This document shows positions 1 to 11,775 of a stretch of DNA of 64,000 bases, piece after piece. Below the pieces are notes generated by a model. It saw nothing but the letters and a program-made list of their open reading frames with translations, did not search any database and had not been told where the DNA came from. The stretch covers positions 3,220 through 67,219 of the forward strand of contig CANHVY010000018.1 of the NCBI GenBank assembly GCA_947464185.1. Direction: 5' to 3'. The position numbers and the translations under genes were made by a program. Source of the DNA: Burkholderiales bacterium (lineage in GTDB: Bacteria; Pseudomonadota; Gammaproteobacteria; Burkholderiales; Burkholderiaceae_C). Within the stretch, counting starts at the first letter, position 1; each line of letters begins with the position of its first letter.

Positions 1-20
1 CCCAACGGCTTGAACCGAGC

Positions 21-1160
21 GTGTTCACCTCCATGTCCCCCTCCATGAAGTCGTCCTCACGATTCCCCGGCTGGATTTGGGCGCTCGGGGTCGCCCTGGT
101 GTCGGCCACCGGCGCTTTGACCTTGCTGCCCGGGCTGGTGGAAAGCCGTACAGAGGCGACCCCCCGCGCCGTCACGCCCCGCGGCCCGCTGCTGGCCGAG
201 GAGCAGGCGCAGATCGAGGTCTTCCGCAAGACCTCGCCGTCCGTGGTGCACATCACCACGCTGGAAACCCAGCGCGACTTGTTCTCGCTGAACGTGCAGC
301 AGGTGCCGCGCGGCACCGGCACCGGCTTCATCTGGGACGATCGCGGCCACATCGTCACCAACTTCCACGTCATCCAGGGCGGCAGTGGCGCGCGCGTGAC
401 GCTGTCAGACCAGAGCACGCACCGCGCCACCCTGGTGGGCGCCTTCCCCGACCGGGACCTTGCGGTGCTGAAGATCGAACTGCCCGCCGCCAAAGCCCCG
501 CCCATTGCGGTGGGCAGCAGCCGGGACCTGGTGGTCGGCCAGAAGGTCTACGCCATTGGCAACCCCTTCGGCCTGGACCAGACACTGACCACGGGCATCC
601 TGAGCGCTCTGAACCGCGAGATCGAGTCCGTGAACCAGCGCACCATCCGCGGCGTGATCCAGACCGATGCGGCCATCAATCCCGGCAACTCCGGGGGCCC
701 GCTGCTGGACTCCGCAGGACGCCTGATCGGGGTGAACACCGCCATCTACAGCCCCAGCGGCGCCAGCGCCGGCATCGGCTTCGCCATCCCGGTGGACGAG
801 GTCAACCGCATCGTGCCGCGCCTGATCCGGGATGGGCGCTTCGTGCGCCCGGCCATGGGCGTGACGGCCGGGCCAGTGGGGCTGCAACGCGCGCTGAACC
901 TGCCCAAAGGCGTGGCGCTGGTCCAGGTGGCGCCCAACAGCCCGGCCGCCCGCGCCGGGCTGACCCCCTTCCGCCGCGGCGCCAACGGCGAGATCGTCAT
1001 GGGCGATGTGATCACCGCCGTGAACGACCAGCCCGTGGCCGACCTGGACGACATGCTCAACCAGCTGGAGCAGCGCAGCCACGGCGACACCGTCACCCTG
1101 ACGGTCTGGCGCGCGGGGCAGACACGCCGGCAGGCGGTCGTGCTGGCGGCGGGCGAGTAG
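21..1160 (+). CDS. S1C (DegP/HtrA-like) periplasmic serine protease with C-terminal PDZ domain
   Basis: N-terminal hydrophobic signal/anchor. Trypsin-fold triad context: TNFHV (His), DLAVLK (Asp), GNSGGPLLD (Ser). PDZ-like C-terminus. The start is uncertain (GTG at 21 or ATG at 33). Confidence 0.85.
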   Translation: MFTSMSPSMKSSSRFPGWIWALGVALVSATGALTLLPGLVESRTEATPRAVTPRGPLLAEEQAQIEVFRKTSPSVVHITTLETQRDLFSLNVQQVPRGTGTGFIWDDRGHIVTNFHVIQGGSGARVTLSDQSTHRATLVGAFPDRDLAVLKIELPAAKAPPIAVGSSRDLVVGQKVYAIGNPFGLDQTLTTGILSALNREIESVNQRTIRGVIQTDAAINPGNSGGPLLDSAGRLIGVNTAIYSPSGASAGIGFAIPVDEVNRIVPRLIRDGRFVRPAMGVTAGPVGLQRALNLPKGVALVQVAPNSPAARAGLTPFRRGANGEIVMGDVITAVNDQPVADLDDMLNQLEQRSHGDTVTLTVWRAGQTRRQAVVLAAGE

Positions 1161-1278
1161 CCGACCGGCCGCGGCAGGCCGGCCCGCGGGCGGCACGCGG
1201 CCACGGGCCATCAGACCCCCAGGGCTCCTGGGCTACGATCTCGGCCCCGCACATCCCCTGGCCGCCCTGGAGCCCCGC

Positions 1279-1902
1279 ATGCAAGTCGTCTGCCTCGACC
1301 TCGAAGGCGTTCTCGTCCCTGAAATCTGGATCGCCTTTGCCGAGCGCACCGGCATCCCCGAGTTCCGCAGAACCACGCGTGATGAGCCTGACTACGGCAA
1401 GCTGATGCGTTTTCGCATCGGCCTGCTGCGCGAGCGGGGCCTGAAGCTGGCCGACATCCAGGCCGTGATCGCGGGCCTGTCGCCCCTGGAGGGCGCCAAG
1501 GACTTCCTGGACGGCCTGCGCTCGCAGTACCAGGTGATCATCCTGTCGGACACCTTCTACGATTTTGCCGATCCACTGATGCGCCAGCTCGGCAGGCCCA
1601 CTCTGTTCTGCCACAAGCTGGAGATCGACACCGAAGGCTTCGTGGCCGACTACAAGCTGCGCCAGCCCGACCAGAAGCGCCACGCGGTGAACGCGCTCAA
1701 GGGCCTGAACTTCCAGGTCATGGCTGCGGGCGACTCCTACAACGACACGGGCATGCTGGGCGCCGCCCATGCCGGCTTCTTCATCCACCCGCCGGAAAGC
1801 ATCGTGGCGCAGTTCCCGCAGTACCCGGTGCACCACGACTACGCCAGCCTGCGCGCTTCCATCGACGATGCGGCGCTGCGCCTGCGCACCGCGGGCGTGT
1901 GA
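1279..1902 (+). CDS. thrH: HAD-family phosphoserine phosphatase / homoserine phosphotransferase (ThrH-like)
   Basis: N-terminal HAD motif VCLDLEGVL and C-terminal GDSYNDTGML. Length of 207 aa and overall pattern match ThrH. Confidence 0.7.
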   Translation: MQVVCLDLEGVLVPEIWIAFAERTGIPEFRRTTRDEPDYGKLMRFRIGLLRERGLKLADIQAVIAGLSPLEGAKDFLDGLRSQYQVIILSDTFYDFADPLMRQLGRPTLFCHKLEIDTEGFVADYKLRQPDQKRHAVNALKGLNFQVMAAGDSYNDTGMLGAAHAGFFIHPPESIVAQFPQYPVHHDYASLRASIDDAALRLRTAGV

Positions 1903-1938
1903 CGCCAAGCGCCTGAGAAGATCACCCTCCTGCCTGCA

Positions 1939-2919
1939 ATGACCATGAAACTCCTGCACACCCTTGCGCTGACCTTGAGCCTGGCCATCGCCGCCCCCGG
2001 GGCCTGGGCACAGGCCTGGCCTGCGGCCAAGCCCATCCGCCTCGTCATCCCCTTCCCCGCCGGCGGGGCCACGGACATCATCGGCCGCCAGGTGGCGCAG
2101 AAGCTGTCAGTGGTGCTGGGCCAGCAGGTGGTGGTGGACAACAAGCCCGGCGCGGGCGGCGCCATCGGCTCCGACCTCGTGGCCAAGGCGCCAGCCGACG
2201 GCTACACCCTGCTGATGGCCACCAGTTCCACCCACTCCATCGGACCGGTGCTCAACCCCAAGATGCCCTATGACGCGGTGAAGGACTTCGCACCCGTTTC
2301 CCACATCGCCAACGCACCCAGCGTGCTGGTGGTGGGGCAAAACTTCCCGGCGAACACGGCGCGTGAGCTGATCGACCTGGTCAAGCGCAACCCTGGGAAG
2401 TACAACTTCGGGTCGAGTGGCATCGGCACCTACCCGCACCTGTCGGCGGAGATGTTCAAGTGGCGGGCCGGTGGCCTGTTCGCGGTGCACATCCCCTACC
2501 GGGGTACGGGACTGGTCATCACCGACCTGGTGGCAGGCCAGATCGCCTTCCTGATGGACAGCATCGTCTCGGCCCAGACCCACATCCGCAGCGGCAAGGT
2601 CAAGCCGTTGGCGGTCAGCGGCACCAAACGCTCGGCCACCCTGCCCAACGTGCCCACGCTCCAGGAAGTGGGCGTGCCGGGCATGGAGTTCGGCAACTGG
2701 TTCGGCATGTTCGCGCCGGCCGGCACCGCGCCCGAGGTGGTGGGCCGCCTGAACCGCGAGCTGAACGCCATGCTCAAGGCGGCGGACTTCGTGGAAGGCC
2801 TGGACAAGGTGGGCGCCGAGCCCGCAGGCGGCACGCCAGAGCAGTTCGCCAAGACCTACCGGGACGAGTCCGAAGGCTGGAAGGCGCTGATCCAGCGCGC
2901 CGGCATCAAGCCAGAGTGA
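1939..2919 (+). CDS. Bug-family (TctC-like) tripartite tricarboxylate transporter substrate-binding protein
   Basis: Signal peptide ending AWAQA. Typical Bug motifs IRLVIPFPAGGATD and VVDNKPGAGGAIG. About 325 aa. Confidence 0.85.
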   Translation: MTMKLLHTLALTLSLAIAAPGAWAQAWPAAKPIRLVIPFPAGGATDIIGRQVAQKLSVVLGQQVVVDNKPGAGGAIGSDLVAKAPADGYTLLMATSSTHSIGPVLNPKMPYDAVKDFAPVSHIANAPSVLVVGQNFPANTARELIDLVKRNPGKYNFGSSGIGTYPHLSAEMFKWRAGGLFAVHIPYRGTGLVITDLVAGQIAFLMDSIVSAQTHIRSGKVKPLAVSGTKRSATLPNVPTLQEVGVPGMEFGNWFGMFAPAGTAPEVVGRLNRELNAMLKAADFVEGLDKVGAEPAGGTPEQFAKTYRDESEGWKALIQRAGIKPE

Positions 2920-2922
2920 ACT

Positions 2923-5900
2923 TCAGTCCACCCAGCGCCGCGCGTTGCGGAACATCTGCATCCACGGGCTGAGCGCTGAGGCGTCGCGGCTGCTCCAGCT
3001 CATTTGCAGCTCGCGGTACACCCGCTCCGGGTGCGGCATCATGGCCGTGAAGCGACCGTCCGCCGTGGTCACGGCGGTCAGGCCCTCGGGGCTGCCGTTG
3101 GGGTTAAAGGGGTGGGCCTCGGTCGGACGGCCGTGGTGGTCCACGAAGCGGGCCGCACGGTGCACCGCCGCGGCATCGCCCCGTGTGGAGAAGTCGGCAT
3201 AGCCCTCGCCGTGTGACACCACAATGGGCAGCCGGCTGCCCGCCATGCCGCTGAAGAAGAGGCTGGGGCTTTCCAGCACCTCCACCATCGACAGCCGGGC
3301 CTCGAACTGCTCGCTGCGGTTGCGCACGAACTTGGGCCAGGCCTGGGCGCCGGGGATCATGGGACTCAGAGCGGCCAGCATCTGGCAGCCGTTGCACACG
3401 CCCAGGGCAAAGGTGTCAGCGCGGCCGAAGAAGGCGGCAAACGCCGCCTCCAGCGCCGGGTTGAAGCGGATGGAGCGGGCCCAGCCCTCCCCGGCGCCCA
3501 GCGTGTCGCCGTAGCTGAAGCCGCCACAGGCCACCAGGCCGCGGAAGTCGGCGAGGTCGGCCCGGCCGGCCTGCAGGTCGCTCATGTGCACGTCCCAGGC
3601 CTCGAAGCCCGCCTGGTCGAACACCCAGGCCATCTCCACATGGGAGTTGACGCCCTGCTCGCGCAACACGGCCACCTTGGGGCGGGTGGTGAGCAGACCG
3701 GGAGCCATGAGCCCCGACGCTTGCACGGCGCGTTCCTCCGGGTAGAGGCCAGTACCTGATGCGCCGGGACCGAAAGCGGCCGCGTGTGCCTGCTCTTCCA
3801 CGACGGGGTCGAAACTCAGAAGCACGTGCAGACCGGGGTCATCCGCCTGTCCCACGGCCGCGTGCTCGGCATCGGCACAGGCCGGGTGGTCACGCAGCGC
3901 GGCGATGCGCCAGCTCACCTCGTCCCACGCCTGGTGCAGCTGCTGCAGCGGCGCCCCGAACTGCAGCCGGGTGTCGCGCCACACCTCCACCACACCGCGG
4001 TCGTTGGGTTTGCCGATGAAGTGGGCATGGCGGCTCAGGCCGTGGGTGCGCAGCAGCCCCATCACCTCGTTGCGCACCGCCGTGGGCACCTGCAGCACCA
4101 CGCCCAGCTCTTCGTTGAACAGGGCGCGCAGGGTCAGCTCGTTGCGACGCTCGCTCACCTGGCTGGCCCAGTTCTTGGAATCACCCATCTCGGCGCGGCT
4201 GTCGGTGATGCCGTCGCCTTCGGTCACCAGGATGTCCACGTTCAAGCTCACGCCCACGTGCCCGGCAAAAGCCATCTCGCACACGGTGGCCCACAGGCCG
4301 CCGTCGCTGCGGTCGTGGCAGGCCAGCAGCCAGCCGCGCTCGCGCAGGGCATTCACGGCCGTCACCAGGGACTTCAGGGCTTGCGGATCGTCCAGGTCGG
4401 GGACGACATCGCCGAACCCGCCCAGCACCTGCGCCAGCATGGAGCCACCCAGGCGCATGCGGCCCTGGCCCAGGTCCACCAGCACCAGGGTGGTGTCGCC
4501 AGGCTGCAGCTGGGGTGTGACCGTGCCGCGCACATCGTCCAAGGTGGCGAAGGCCGACACGACCAGCGACACCGGTGCCACCACCTGGTGCGTCTGGCCG
4601 TCCTCAGCCGTCCAGCGGGTGCGCATGGACAGCGAATCCTTGCCCACCGGGATGCCGATGCCCAGCGCCGGGCACAGCTCCAGCCCCACGGCCCGAACGG
4701 TGTCGTACAAGGCGGCGTCCTCGCCGGGCTCGCCACAGGCCGCCATCCAGTTGGCGCTGAGCTTGACGCGCGCCAGGTCGATGGGCGCACCCAGCAGGTT
4801 GGTCAGCGCCTCGCCCACGGCCATGCGGCCCGAGGCCGGTGCATCGAGCGCGGCCAGCGGCGTGCGCTCGCCCATGCTCATGGCTTCGCCGCGAAAGCCC
4901 TGGAAGTCCGCCAAGGTCACCGCGCAGTCGGCCACCGGCACCTGCCAGGGACCGACCATCTGGTCGCGGTGCGTCAACCCGCCCACGGTGCGGTCACCGA
5001 TGGTGATGAGAAAGCGCTTGCTCGCCACCGTGGGGTGACGCAGCACGTCCAGGCATACCTGAGAGAGCGCCACGCCGGTGAGATCCAGCGCCGGCGCATG
5101 GCGTGCCACACGGGTCACGTCCCGGTGCATCTTGGGCGGCTTGCCCAGCAGCACGTCCATGGGCATGTCGATGGCCCGCTGGCCCGACGGGCCGTCCTCC
5201 AGCACCAAGGTCGGCTCGTCAGTCGCCACGCCCACCACGGCCCAGGGGCAGCGCTCGCGTTCGCACAGGCGCTCGAAGGCGTCCCGCTGCGTCGGGTCCA
5301 GCGCCAGCACGTAGCGCTCCTGGCTCTCGTTGCACCAGATCTCCTTGGGTGCCAGCCCGCTCTCCTGCAGCGGCACCTGGCGCAGATCAAACACCGCGCC
5401 GCGGCCCGCGCCATCCACCAATTCCGGGAAAGCGTTGCTGATGCCCCCTGCCCCCACATCGTGAAGCGCCAGGATGGGGTTGGCCTCGCCCAGAGCCCAG
5501 CAATGGTTGATCACCTCCTGGGCCCGGCGCTGGATCTCGGGGTTGCCGCGCTGCACCGAGTCGAAGTCCAGGGCCGCGGTGTTCGTGCCGGCCGCCATGG
5601 AACTGGCCGCACCCCCGCCCATGCCAATGCGCATGCCCGGGCCGCCCAACTGCACCAGCAGGGTGCCTGCGGGGAAGACCTTCTTGTGCGTCTGGTTCGC
5701 GACGATCTGTCCCAGGCCGCCGGCGATCATGATGGGCTTGTGATAGCCGCGCATCACGCCCGCCACCGGCTGCTCGAAGGTGCGGAAGTAGCCCGCGAGG
5801 TTGGGCCGGCCAAACTCGTTGTTGAAGGCCGCGCCACCCAGCGGACCCTCGATCATGATGTCCAGTGCGCTGGCGATGTGCGCCGGCTTGCCCGGCCCGC

Positions 5901-7026
5901 CGCGCTCCCAGGGCTCGTCGGTGCCGGGCAGGCGCAGGTGGCTGGTGGAAAAGCCCGTGAGCCCTGCCTTGGGCCGCGCACCGCGACCGGTGGCGCCCTC
6001 GTCGCGGATCTCGCCGCCCGCGCCCGTGGCCGCCCCCGGGAAGGGCGAGATGGCGGTGGGGTGGTTGTGGGTCTCCACCTTCATCAACACGTGGGCGGTG
6101 ACATCCCGGCCCTCGTAGGGCGCGGCAGACTCCCCGGCCTGCGGCAGCCACAGCCGCGCCGGCCCGCCGGCCATCACGGCGGCGTTGTCGCTGTAGGCCA
6201 CGACCGACCCCTGAGGCGAGACCGCCTCGGTGTTCCTGATCATCCCGAACATGGAGTGAGGCTGCTCGACGCCGTCGATGGTGAAGCGGGCGTTGAAGAT
6301 CTTGTGTCGGCAGTGCTCGGAGTTGGCCTGGGCGAACATCATCAACTCCACATCCGTGGGGTTGCGCTGCAGCCGGGTGAAGGCCTCGACCAGGTAGTCG
6401 ATCTCGTCGTCCGACAGGGCCAGGCCAAAGTCACTGTTGGCCTGCACCAGCGCCTCGCGGCCCTGCCCCAGCACATCCACCTGCGCCATGGGCACGCCGG
6501 GGTGCTCGTCGAACAGGGCGCGGGCGGCATCGCGAGAGCGCGCCACGCTTTCCGTCATACGGTCGTGCAACAACCCCGCCAGCCGGGCCATCACATCTTC
6601 ATCCAGTGGCGCCGGGCCACCCAGCAGGCCCTTGAACATCCCTGTGGCGCGCTGCAGCCGGAACTCGGTGACGCGTTCCACGCGCTGCACAGGCAACGCG
6701 CAGTTCCGCGCGATGTCGGTGGCCTTGCTGGACCAGGGCGACACGGTGCCCAGGCGTGGCATCACCACCAGCAGCAGGTCTGAGGCGGCCGACAAAAGCG
6801 CAGCCGCTGGCGCCGCGGGCCCGCCCTGGTCCAGCAAGGCCGCCAGGCGCTGCCTCAGCCCTTCGTCTGGCGCCTGATCGGTGGCCACCCAATGCACATG
6901 GCGCGCGCTGAGCGCCGAGATGGAGGGCTCCACCTCCTGCAGTCGCGCCAGCAAGGCCACAGCACGGAAGTCGGACAAGGCCGCCCCCCCTTCGAAGGAA
7001 CTCAGATGGAGGAACAGTGAAGGCAT
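2923..7026 (-). CDS. purL: Phosphoribosylformylglycinamidine synthase (large single-chain PurL)
   Basis: FGAM synthetase motif [24 protein letters not shown] and C-terminal glutamine amidotransferase motif GVCNGCQM. The start was trimmed to ATG at 7026 (MPSLFLHL...) because the upstream part of the 1404-aa ORF is Arg/Pro-rich junk. Confidence 0.95.
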   Translation of the reverse strand: MPSLFLHLSSFEGGAALSDFRAVALLARLQEVEPSISALSARHVHWVATDQAPDEGLRQRLAALLDQGGPAAPAAALLSAASDLLLVVMPRLGTVSPWSSKATDIARNCALPVQRVERVTEFRLQRATGMFKGLLGGPAPLDEDVMARLAGLLHDRMTESVARSRDAARALFDEHPGVPMAQVDVLGQGREALVQANSDFGLALSDDEIDYLVEAFTRLQRNPTDVELMMFAQANSEHCRHKIFNARFTIDGVEQPHSMFGMIRNTEAVSPQGSVVAYSDNAAVMAGGPARLWLPQAGESAAPYEGRDVTAHVLMKVETHNHPTAISPFPGAATGAGGEIRDEGATGRGARPKAGLTGFSTSHLRLPGTDEPWERGGPGKPAHIASALDIMIEGPLGGAAFNNEFGRPNLAGYFRTFEQPVAGVMRGYHKPIMIAGGLGQIVANQTHKKVFPAGTLLVQLGGPGMRIGMGGGAASSMAAGTNTAALDFDSVQRGNPEIQRRAQEVINHCWALGEANPILALHDVGAGGISNAFPELVDGAGRGAVFDLRQVPLQESGLAPKEIWCNESQERYVLALDPTQRDAFERLCERERCPWAVVGVATDEPTLVLEDGPSGQRAIDMPMDVLLGKPPKMHRDVTRVARHAPALDLTGVALSQVCLDVLRHPTVASKRFLITIGDRTVGGLTHRDQMVGPWQVPVADCAVTLADFQGFRGEAMSMGERTPLAALDAPASGRMAVGEALTNLLGAPIDLARVKLSANWMAACGEPGEDAALYDTVRAVGLELCPALGIGIPVGKDSLSMRTRWTAEDGQTHQVVAPVSLVVSAFATLDDVRGTVTPQLQPGDTTLVLVDLGQGRMRLGGSMLAQVLGGFGDVVPDLDDPQALKSLVTAVNALRERGWLLACHDRSDGGLWATVCEMAFAGHVGVSLNVDILVTEGDGITDSRAEMGDSKNWASQVSERRNELTLRALFNEELGVVLQVPTAVRNEVMGLLRTHGLSRHAHFIGKPNDRGVVEVWRDTRLQFGAPLQQLHQAWDEVSWRIAALRDHPACADAEHAAVGQADDPGLHVLLSFDPVVEEQAHAAAFGPGASGTGLYPEERAVQASGLMAPGLLTTRPKVAVLREQGVNSHVEMAWVFDQAGFEAWDVHMSDLQAGRADLADFRGLVACGGFSYGDTLGAGEGWARSIRFNPALEAAFAAFFGRADTFALGVCNGCQMLAALSPMIPGAQAWPKFVRNRSEQFEARLSMVEVLESPSLFFSGMAGSRLPIVVSHGEGYADFSTRGDAAAVHRAARFVDHHGRPTEAHPFNPNGSPEGLTAVTTADGRFTAMMPHPERVYRELQMSWSSRDASALSPWMQMFRNARRWVD

Positions 7027-7166
7027 GGAAGGAGAGGCGCAGTGACGCGGCCGAGGACGCAGAGCGGGGAGCGGGGGGGTGGGCAGAAGCAGCCGGGAAG
7101 GACGCACCGCGCGCACCCAGGCCCCGACCGCCAGCATTCTAGAGAGGGGGGTGGGATAATTCCGGC

Positions 7167-8009
7167 ATGCCGAAATCGCTGAAGACCGCCGACGAGATCG
7201 AGGGAATGCGCCAGGCCTGCCGACTGGCTTCCGAGGTGCTGGACATGCTGACGCCGCACGTCAAGCCCGGCATCACCACGCGTGAGATCGACCGCATCGC
7301 CCACGAGTACATGACCCAGGTGCAGCAGGCCGTGCCTGCCACGCTGGGCTACCAGCCCCCGGGTTATCCGCCCTACCCCGCCTCGCTGTGCACCTCGCTC
7401 AACGAAGTGGTCTGCCACGGCATCCCGGACGATCGGCCCCTGAGGAACGGCGACATCGTCAACATCGACGTCACCGTCATCAAGGACGGCTGGCACGGCG
7501 ACAACAGCCGCATGTACCTGGTGGGCGAGGCGTCGATCGCCGCGCGGCGCCTGTGCAGCGTGACCTTCGAGGCCATGTGGAGGGGCATCGTCAGGGTGCG
7601 GCCGGGGGCCCGCCTGGGTGACATCGGCCACGCCATCCAGACCCATGCCGAGCACGCCGGCTTTTCCGTGGTGCGGGAGTTCTGCGGCCATGGCGTGGGG
7701 CGCAAGTTCCACGAGGAACCCCAGGTGCTGCACTACGGCCGCCCGGGCACGCTGGAAGAGTTGGTGCCGGGCATGACCTTCACGATCGAACCCATGATCA
7801 ATGCGGGCCGGCGCGACATCAAGGAAGACCGGCGCGGCAACCGCCCCTACGACGGCTGGACCATCGTCACCCGCGACCGTTCGCTGTCGGCGCAGTGGGA
7901 GCACACCGTGCTGGTCACCGAAACGGGCTACGAGGTGCTGACGCTGTCGGCCGGGAGCCCGCCGGTTCCCGCCTTCGTCACGCCCGCAGCGATGCCTGTT
8001 CCCGCCTGA
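7167..8009 (+). CDS. map: Type I methionine aminopeptidase
   Basis: Metal-ligand motifs [29 protein letters not shown] and EHTVLVT. Confidence 0.9.
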   Translation: MPKSLKTADEIEGMRQACRLASEVLDMLTPHVKPGITTREIDRIAHEYMTQVQQAVPATLGYQPPGYPPYPASLCTSLNEVVCHGIPDDRPLRNGDIVNIDVTVIKDGWHGDNSRMYLVGEASIAARRLCSVTFEAMWRGIVRVRPGARLGDIGHAIQTHAEHAGFSVVREFCGHGVGRKFHEEPQVLHYGRPGTLEELVPGMTFTIEPMINAGRRDIKEDRRGNRPYDGWTIVTRDRSLSAQWEHTVLVTETGYEVLTLSAGSPPVPAFVTPAAMPVPA

Positions 8010-8075
8010 GACCGCGGTGGGTCTGCCCGTGAAGGCGATGTCGTCCCGGAGGCCCCTGGCGAAGGCAGCGGCTGC

Positions 8076-10658
8076 ATGAGCCCCCCTGTCGACCCGGAGC
8101 TGCTCAAGTCCCTGCGCCAGCGCTACCGAGAAGGCAAGGCGGCGCTGATCGAGCAGTTCATGCGCGAGCGGCCCTCCGGCCGGTCCTCGCAACGTCTGCT
8201 CAAGGGCCTGGCCCAGCACGTGGACCTGACGCTGCAGGAGCTGATGTCGGCCCTGCCCATGCCCGAAGGCCTGGCCCTGGTGGCCGTGGGCGGCTACGGC
8301 CGAGGAGAACTGTTTCCGCACTCCGATATCGATGTGCTGGTGCTGCTGCCCCAGGCGGCCTCCACCGATGGCGTGGGGGATTTCATCACCGCCTGCTGGG
8401 ACACGGGCCTGGAGATCGGCTCCTCGGTGCGCACCGTCGAGGAGTGCGTGGCCGAGGCGCAGCGGGACGTGACCGTGCAGACCGCGCTGCTGGAGTCGCG
8501 CCTGGTGGCCGGCAAGCGACGCTTGTTCGAACGCTTTCGCGCAGCCACGGCCGCGGTGCTCGATCCGCGGGCTTTCCTGCGAGCCAAGACGCTGGAGATG
8601 CAGCAGCGGCACGTGAAGTACGAGAGCACGCCCTACTCGCTGGAGCCCAACTGCAAGGAAAGCCCCGGGGGACTGCGCGATCTGCAGGTGCTGGTATGGG
8701 TGGCTCGGGGAGCGGGCTTCGGCAAGACCTGGCGCGAGTTGGCGGCCGGCGGTCTGCTGACAGCTTTCGAGGTGGGTCAACTGCAGCGCCACGAAGGCAC
8801 GCTCAAGCTGATCAGGGCCCGCTTGCATGCGGTGGCGGGCCGGCGTGAGGACCGGCTGGTGTTCGATCTGCAGACAGCCGTGGCCGACAGCTTCGGCCTG
8901 ACCACGGGCCGCGGGCAGCGCTCGTCCGAAGCCTTGATGCACCGCTACTACTGGGCGGCCAAGGCGGTGACACAGCTGAACCAGATCCTGCTGCTGAACA
9001 TGGAAGAGCGCATCGCAGGCTCGGAGGCCTCGCCCATGCGCCCCCTGAACGCCGACTTCCTTGACCGTGGCGGCATGCTGGAGGTTGCACAGGACGACCT
9101 GTACCTGCGCAGGCCCCACGCCATCCTGGAAACCTTCCTGGTCTTCCAGCAAAGTCCCGGCATCCAGGGCCTGTCGGCCCGCACCTTGCGCGCCCTGTAC
9201 AACGCCCGCGAACGCATGGACGCGGCCTTTCGCCACGATCCGGTGAACCACGCGCTGTTCATGCAGATCCTGCAGCAGCCCCGCGGCATCACCCATTCGC
9301 TGCGCCTGATGAACCAGACCTCGGTGCTGGGACGCTATCTGTGGGTGTTCAGGCGCATCGTGGGGCGCATGCAGCACGACCTCTTCCACGTCTACACCGT
9401 GGACCAGCACATCCTGATGGTGCTGCGCAATGTGCGCCGGTTCTTCATTCCGGAACACGCCCACGAATACCCGTTCTGCTCGCAACTGGCCGCGCAGTGG
9501 GAGCAACCGTGGGTGCTGTACGTGGCCGCGCTGTTCCACGACGTGGCCAAAGGCCGCGGTGGTGACCACTCCGTGCTGGGCGGCCAGGAAGTGAGACGCT
9601 TCTGCCGGGCCCACCGGGTGGCCCGAGCCGACATGGAACTCATCGAGTTCCTCGTGTTGCACCACCTGACGATGAGCCGTGTGGCCCAGAAAGAAGACCT
9701 CAGCGACCCCGAGGTGATTTCACGCTTCGCGCGTCTGGTGGGCAGTGAGACCCGACTCACGGCGCTGTACCTGTTGACGGTGGCCGACATCCGTGGCACC
9801 AGCCCGCGCGTGTGGAACGCATGGAAGGGCAAGCTGCTGGAAGACCTGTACCGCGCCACGTTGCGGGCGCTGGGCGGGGCGCGCCCGCACCTGGAGGCGG
9901 AGATCGAGCACCGCAAGCAGGAGGCGCAGCAGATCCTGGCCCTGCATTCGGCCTTGCCGGGCACCGAGCAGCCGCTGTGGAAAACGCTGGACGTGAGTTA
10001 CTTCGCCCGCCATGACGCCGCCGAGATCGCCTGGCACGCCCGGTCGCTCTGGCGGCACCTGGACTCGCCAGAGCCGGTGGTCCAGGCGCGACCCTCTTCG
10101 GTGGGTGAAGGTCTGCAGGTCTTCGTCTTTGCGCCCGACCGACCAGACCTCTTCGCGCGCATCTGCGGCTACTTCGACAGCGCCGGCTTCAGCATCCAGG
10201 ATGCCCGCGTGCACACCACCCGCAAGGGCTATGCGCTGGACACCTTCCAGGTGGTGAGCACGGCCCTGGAGGACGCCACGCTTTCGGACTACCGCAGCCT
10301 GATCTCTCTGGTGGAGACCCAGGCCATGCTGGCCCTGGCCTCCCAGGGCCCCCTGCCCGAGCCAGCGCGCAGCCGGGTGTCGCGCCGGGTGAAGTCTTTC
10401 CCCGTGGTGCCGCGCGTATCGCTGCGGCCTGATGAACGGGCCCAGCGCTGGCTGCTCAGCGTGAGCGCGACCGACCGCGCCGGCCTGCTGTACGCCATTG
10501 CGCGCATCCTGGCGCGCCACCGCGTGAACCTGCAGTTGGCCAAGGTCAGCACCCTGGGAGAGCGGGTCGAAGACACTTTCCTGGTCGATGGCCCTGAGTT
10601 GCAGCAGTCGCGAGCGCAGTTGCTGATCGAGAGCGAATTGCTCGACGCCGTGGCCTGA
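8076..10658 (+). CDS. glnD: [Protein-PII] uridylyltransferase/uridylyl-removing enzyme
   Basis: Nucleotidyltransferase motif GGYGRGELFPHSDIDVLVL, HD domain (LFHDVAKGRGGDH), and two C-terminal ACT-like regions. 860 aa. Confidence 0.9.
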   Translation: MSPPVDPELLKSLRQRYREGKAALIEQFMRERPSGRSSQRLLKGLAQHVDLTLQELMSALPMPEGLALVAVGGYGRGELFPHSDIDVLVLLPQAASTDGVGDFITACWDTGLEIGSSVRTVEECVAEAQRDVTVQTALLESRLVAGKRRLFERFRAATAAVLDPRAFLRAKTLEMQQRHVKYESTPYSLEPNCKESPGGLRDLQVLVWVARGAGFGKTWRELAAGGLLTAFEVGQLQRHEGTLKLIRARLHAVAGRREDRLVFDLQTAVADSFGLTTGRGQRSSEALMHRYYWAAKAVTQLNQILLLNMEERIAGSEASPMRPLNADFLDRGGMLEVAQDDLYLRRPHAILETFLVFQQSPGIQGLSARTLRALYNARERMDAAFRHDPVNHALFMQILQQPRGITHSLRLMNQTSVLGRYLWVFRRIVGRMQHDLFHVYTVDQHILMVLRNVRRFFIPEHAHEYPFCSQLAAQWEQPWVLYVAALFHDVAKGRGGDHSVLGGQEVRRFCRAHRVARADMELIEFLVLHHLTMSRVAQKEDLSDPEVISRFARLVGSETRLTALYLLTVADIRGTSPRVWNAWKGKLLEDLYRATLRALGGARPHLEAEIEHRKQEAQQILALHSALPGTEQPLWKTLDVSYFARHDAAEIAWHARSLWRHLDSPEPVVQARPSSVGEGLQVFVFAPDRPDLFARICGYFDSAGFSIQDARVHTTRKGYALDTFQVVSTALEDATLSDYRSLISLVETQAMLALASQGPLPEPARSRVSRRVKSFPVVPRVSLRPDERAQRWLLSVSATDRAGLLYAIARILARHRVNLQLAKVSTLGERVEDTFLVDGPELQQSRAQLLIESELLDAVA

Positions 10659-10667
10659 GCATCGGCC

Positions 10668-11765
10668 ATGGCTCTGCACCGCATCACCATCGACGAGGCG
10701 CTGAAAGGACCGCAGGGGCTGGGGCGGTTTGGTGCCGTGATCGATGCACGAAGCCCGTCCGAATGGCAACTGGACCACCTGCCCGGCGCAGTGAACTGGC
10801 CCTCGCTGGACGATGAAGAGCGCCGCCTCGTGGGCACGCAGTACAAGCAGGTATCGGCCTTCGAGGCCCGCAAGCACGGCGCCGTACTGGTCGCGCGCAA
10901 CATCGCGCGCCACCTGGAGCAGCACGCCATGGGCCTGCCGCGCAGCTGGAAGCCCCTGGTGTACTGCTGGCGTGGAGGTCAACGCTCCGGCGCACTGGCC
11001 CTGGTGCTCAGCCAGGTCGGCTTCGAGGTGCAGGTGCTGGAGGGTGGCTACCGGGAGTTTCGCCGCCGCGTGGTGGGCGCACTGGAGACGGCCGGAACCG
11101 ACCTCGAACTGCGCCTGGTCTGCGGCCAGACAGGCACCGGCAAGAGCCGGCTGCTGCAGGCCCTGGCCGCGCAAGGCGCGCAGGTGCTGGACCTGGAGGC
11201 GCTGGCCGAACACCGGGGATCGGTGCTGGGTGCCCATCCTGATGCGCCGCAGCCCTCGCAGAAGCAGTTCGAGACCCGCTTGTGGCAGGCCTTGCAAGGC
11301 TTCGACCGGCAGCGGCCGGTGTTCGTGGAGAGCGAGAGCCGCCTGATCGGCCGCCTGCGCGTACCCGAGGCTCTGCTGCAGCACATGCGCGCCGCTCCGT
11401 GCCTGCGGGTGGACATGCCCATGGCCGCACGCGTGCAGCTGCTGATGCAGGATTACGCGCACTTCGTTCGAGACCCTGCCCTGCTCAGCGCGCGGCTGGA
11501 CAACCTGCGGGAGGTGCGCGGCCATGAACTGGTCGGCCAGTGGCAGCAAGCCCTGCAGCAGGGACGTCTGGAGAACACCGTGACCAGCCTTCTGTCCGAG
11601 CACTACGACCCGATCTACCTGAAGTCCATGGGCCGCAACTTCGCCCGGTTCGATGCCGCGCCAAGCCTGATGGTCCGCAGCGGTGAGGCCGCAGACCTGG
11701 CCAGCGCTGCCGTGCAGGCAATGGACCTGTTCCAGATCAAGCCGCTGGCTGCACCGTCCCTCTAA
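10668..11765 (+). CDS. selU: tRNA 2-selenouridine synthase (rhodanese + P-loop)
   Basis: Rhodanese active-site loop YCWRGGQRSG followed by the P-loop CGQTGTGKS. About 365 aa, typical of SelU/MnmH. Confidence 0.85.
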   Translation: MALHRITIDEALKGPQGLGRFGAVIDARSPSEWQLDHLPGAVNWPSLDDEERRLVGTQYKQVSAFEARKHGAVLVARNIARHLEQHAMGLPRSWKPLVYCWRGGQRSGALALVLSQVGFEVQVLEGGYREFRRRVVGALETAGTDLELRLVCGQTGTGKSRLLQALAAQGAQVLDLEALAEHRGSVLGAHPDAPQPSQKQFETRLWQALQGFDRQRPVFVESESRLIGRLRVPEALLQHMRAAPCLRVDMPMAARVQLLMQDYAHFVRDPALLSARLDNLREVRGHELVGQWQQALQQGRLENTVTSLLSEHYDPIYLKSMGRNFARFDAAPSLMVRSGEAADLASAAVQAMDLFQIKPLAAPSL

Positions 11766-11775
11766 ACTCCAGTGC

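Noticed and set aside
3784-6783. Long antisense/shadow ORFs: 999 aa opposite purL, 7002-9665 opposite map/glnD, 9720-12485, 22430-25183 opposite aceE, 29794-32526 opposite prlC, 40942-42837 opposite cysI, 53542-55464, and 59079-60830 opposite dinG-HNH
   Set aside because: Their composition is Arg/Gly/His/Gln-rich with no motifs. In each case the opposite strand encodes a protein with clear conserved family signatures. This is the usual stop-codon-poor artefact in ~67% GC DNA.
2923-7026. The very large purL as a possible gene fusion
   Set aside because: Single-chain ~1300-1370-aa PurL (synthetase plus glutaminase domains) is the normal form in Proteobacteria.
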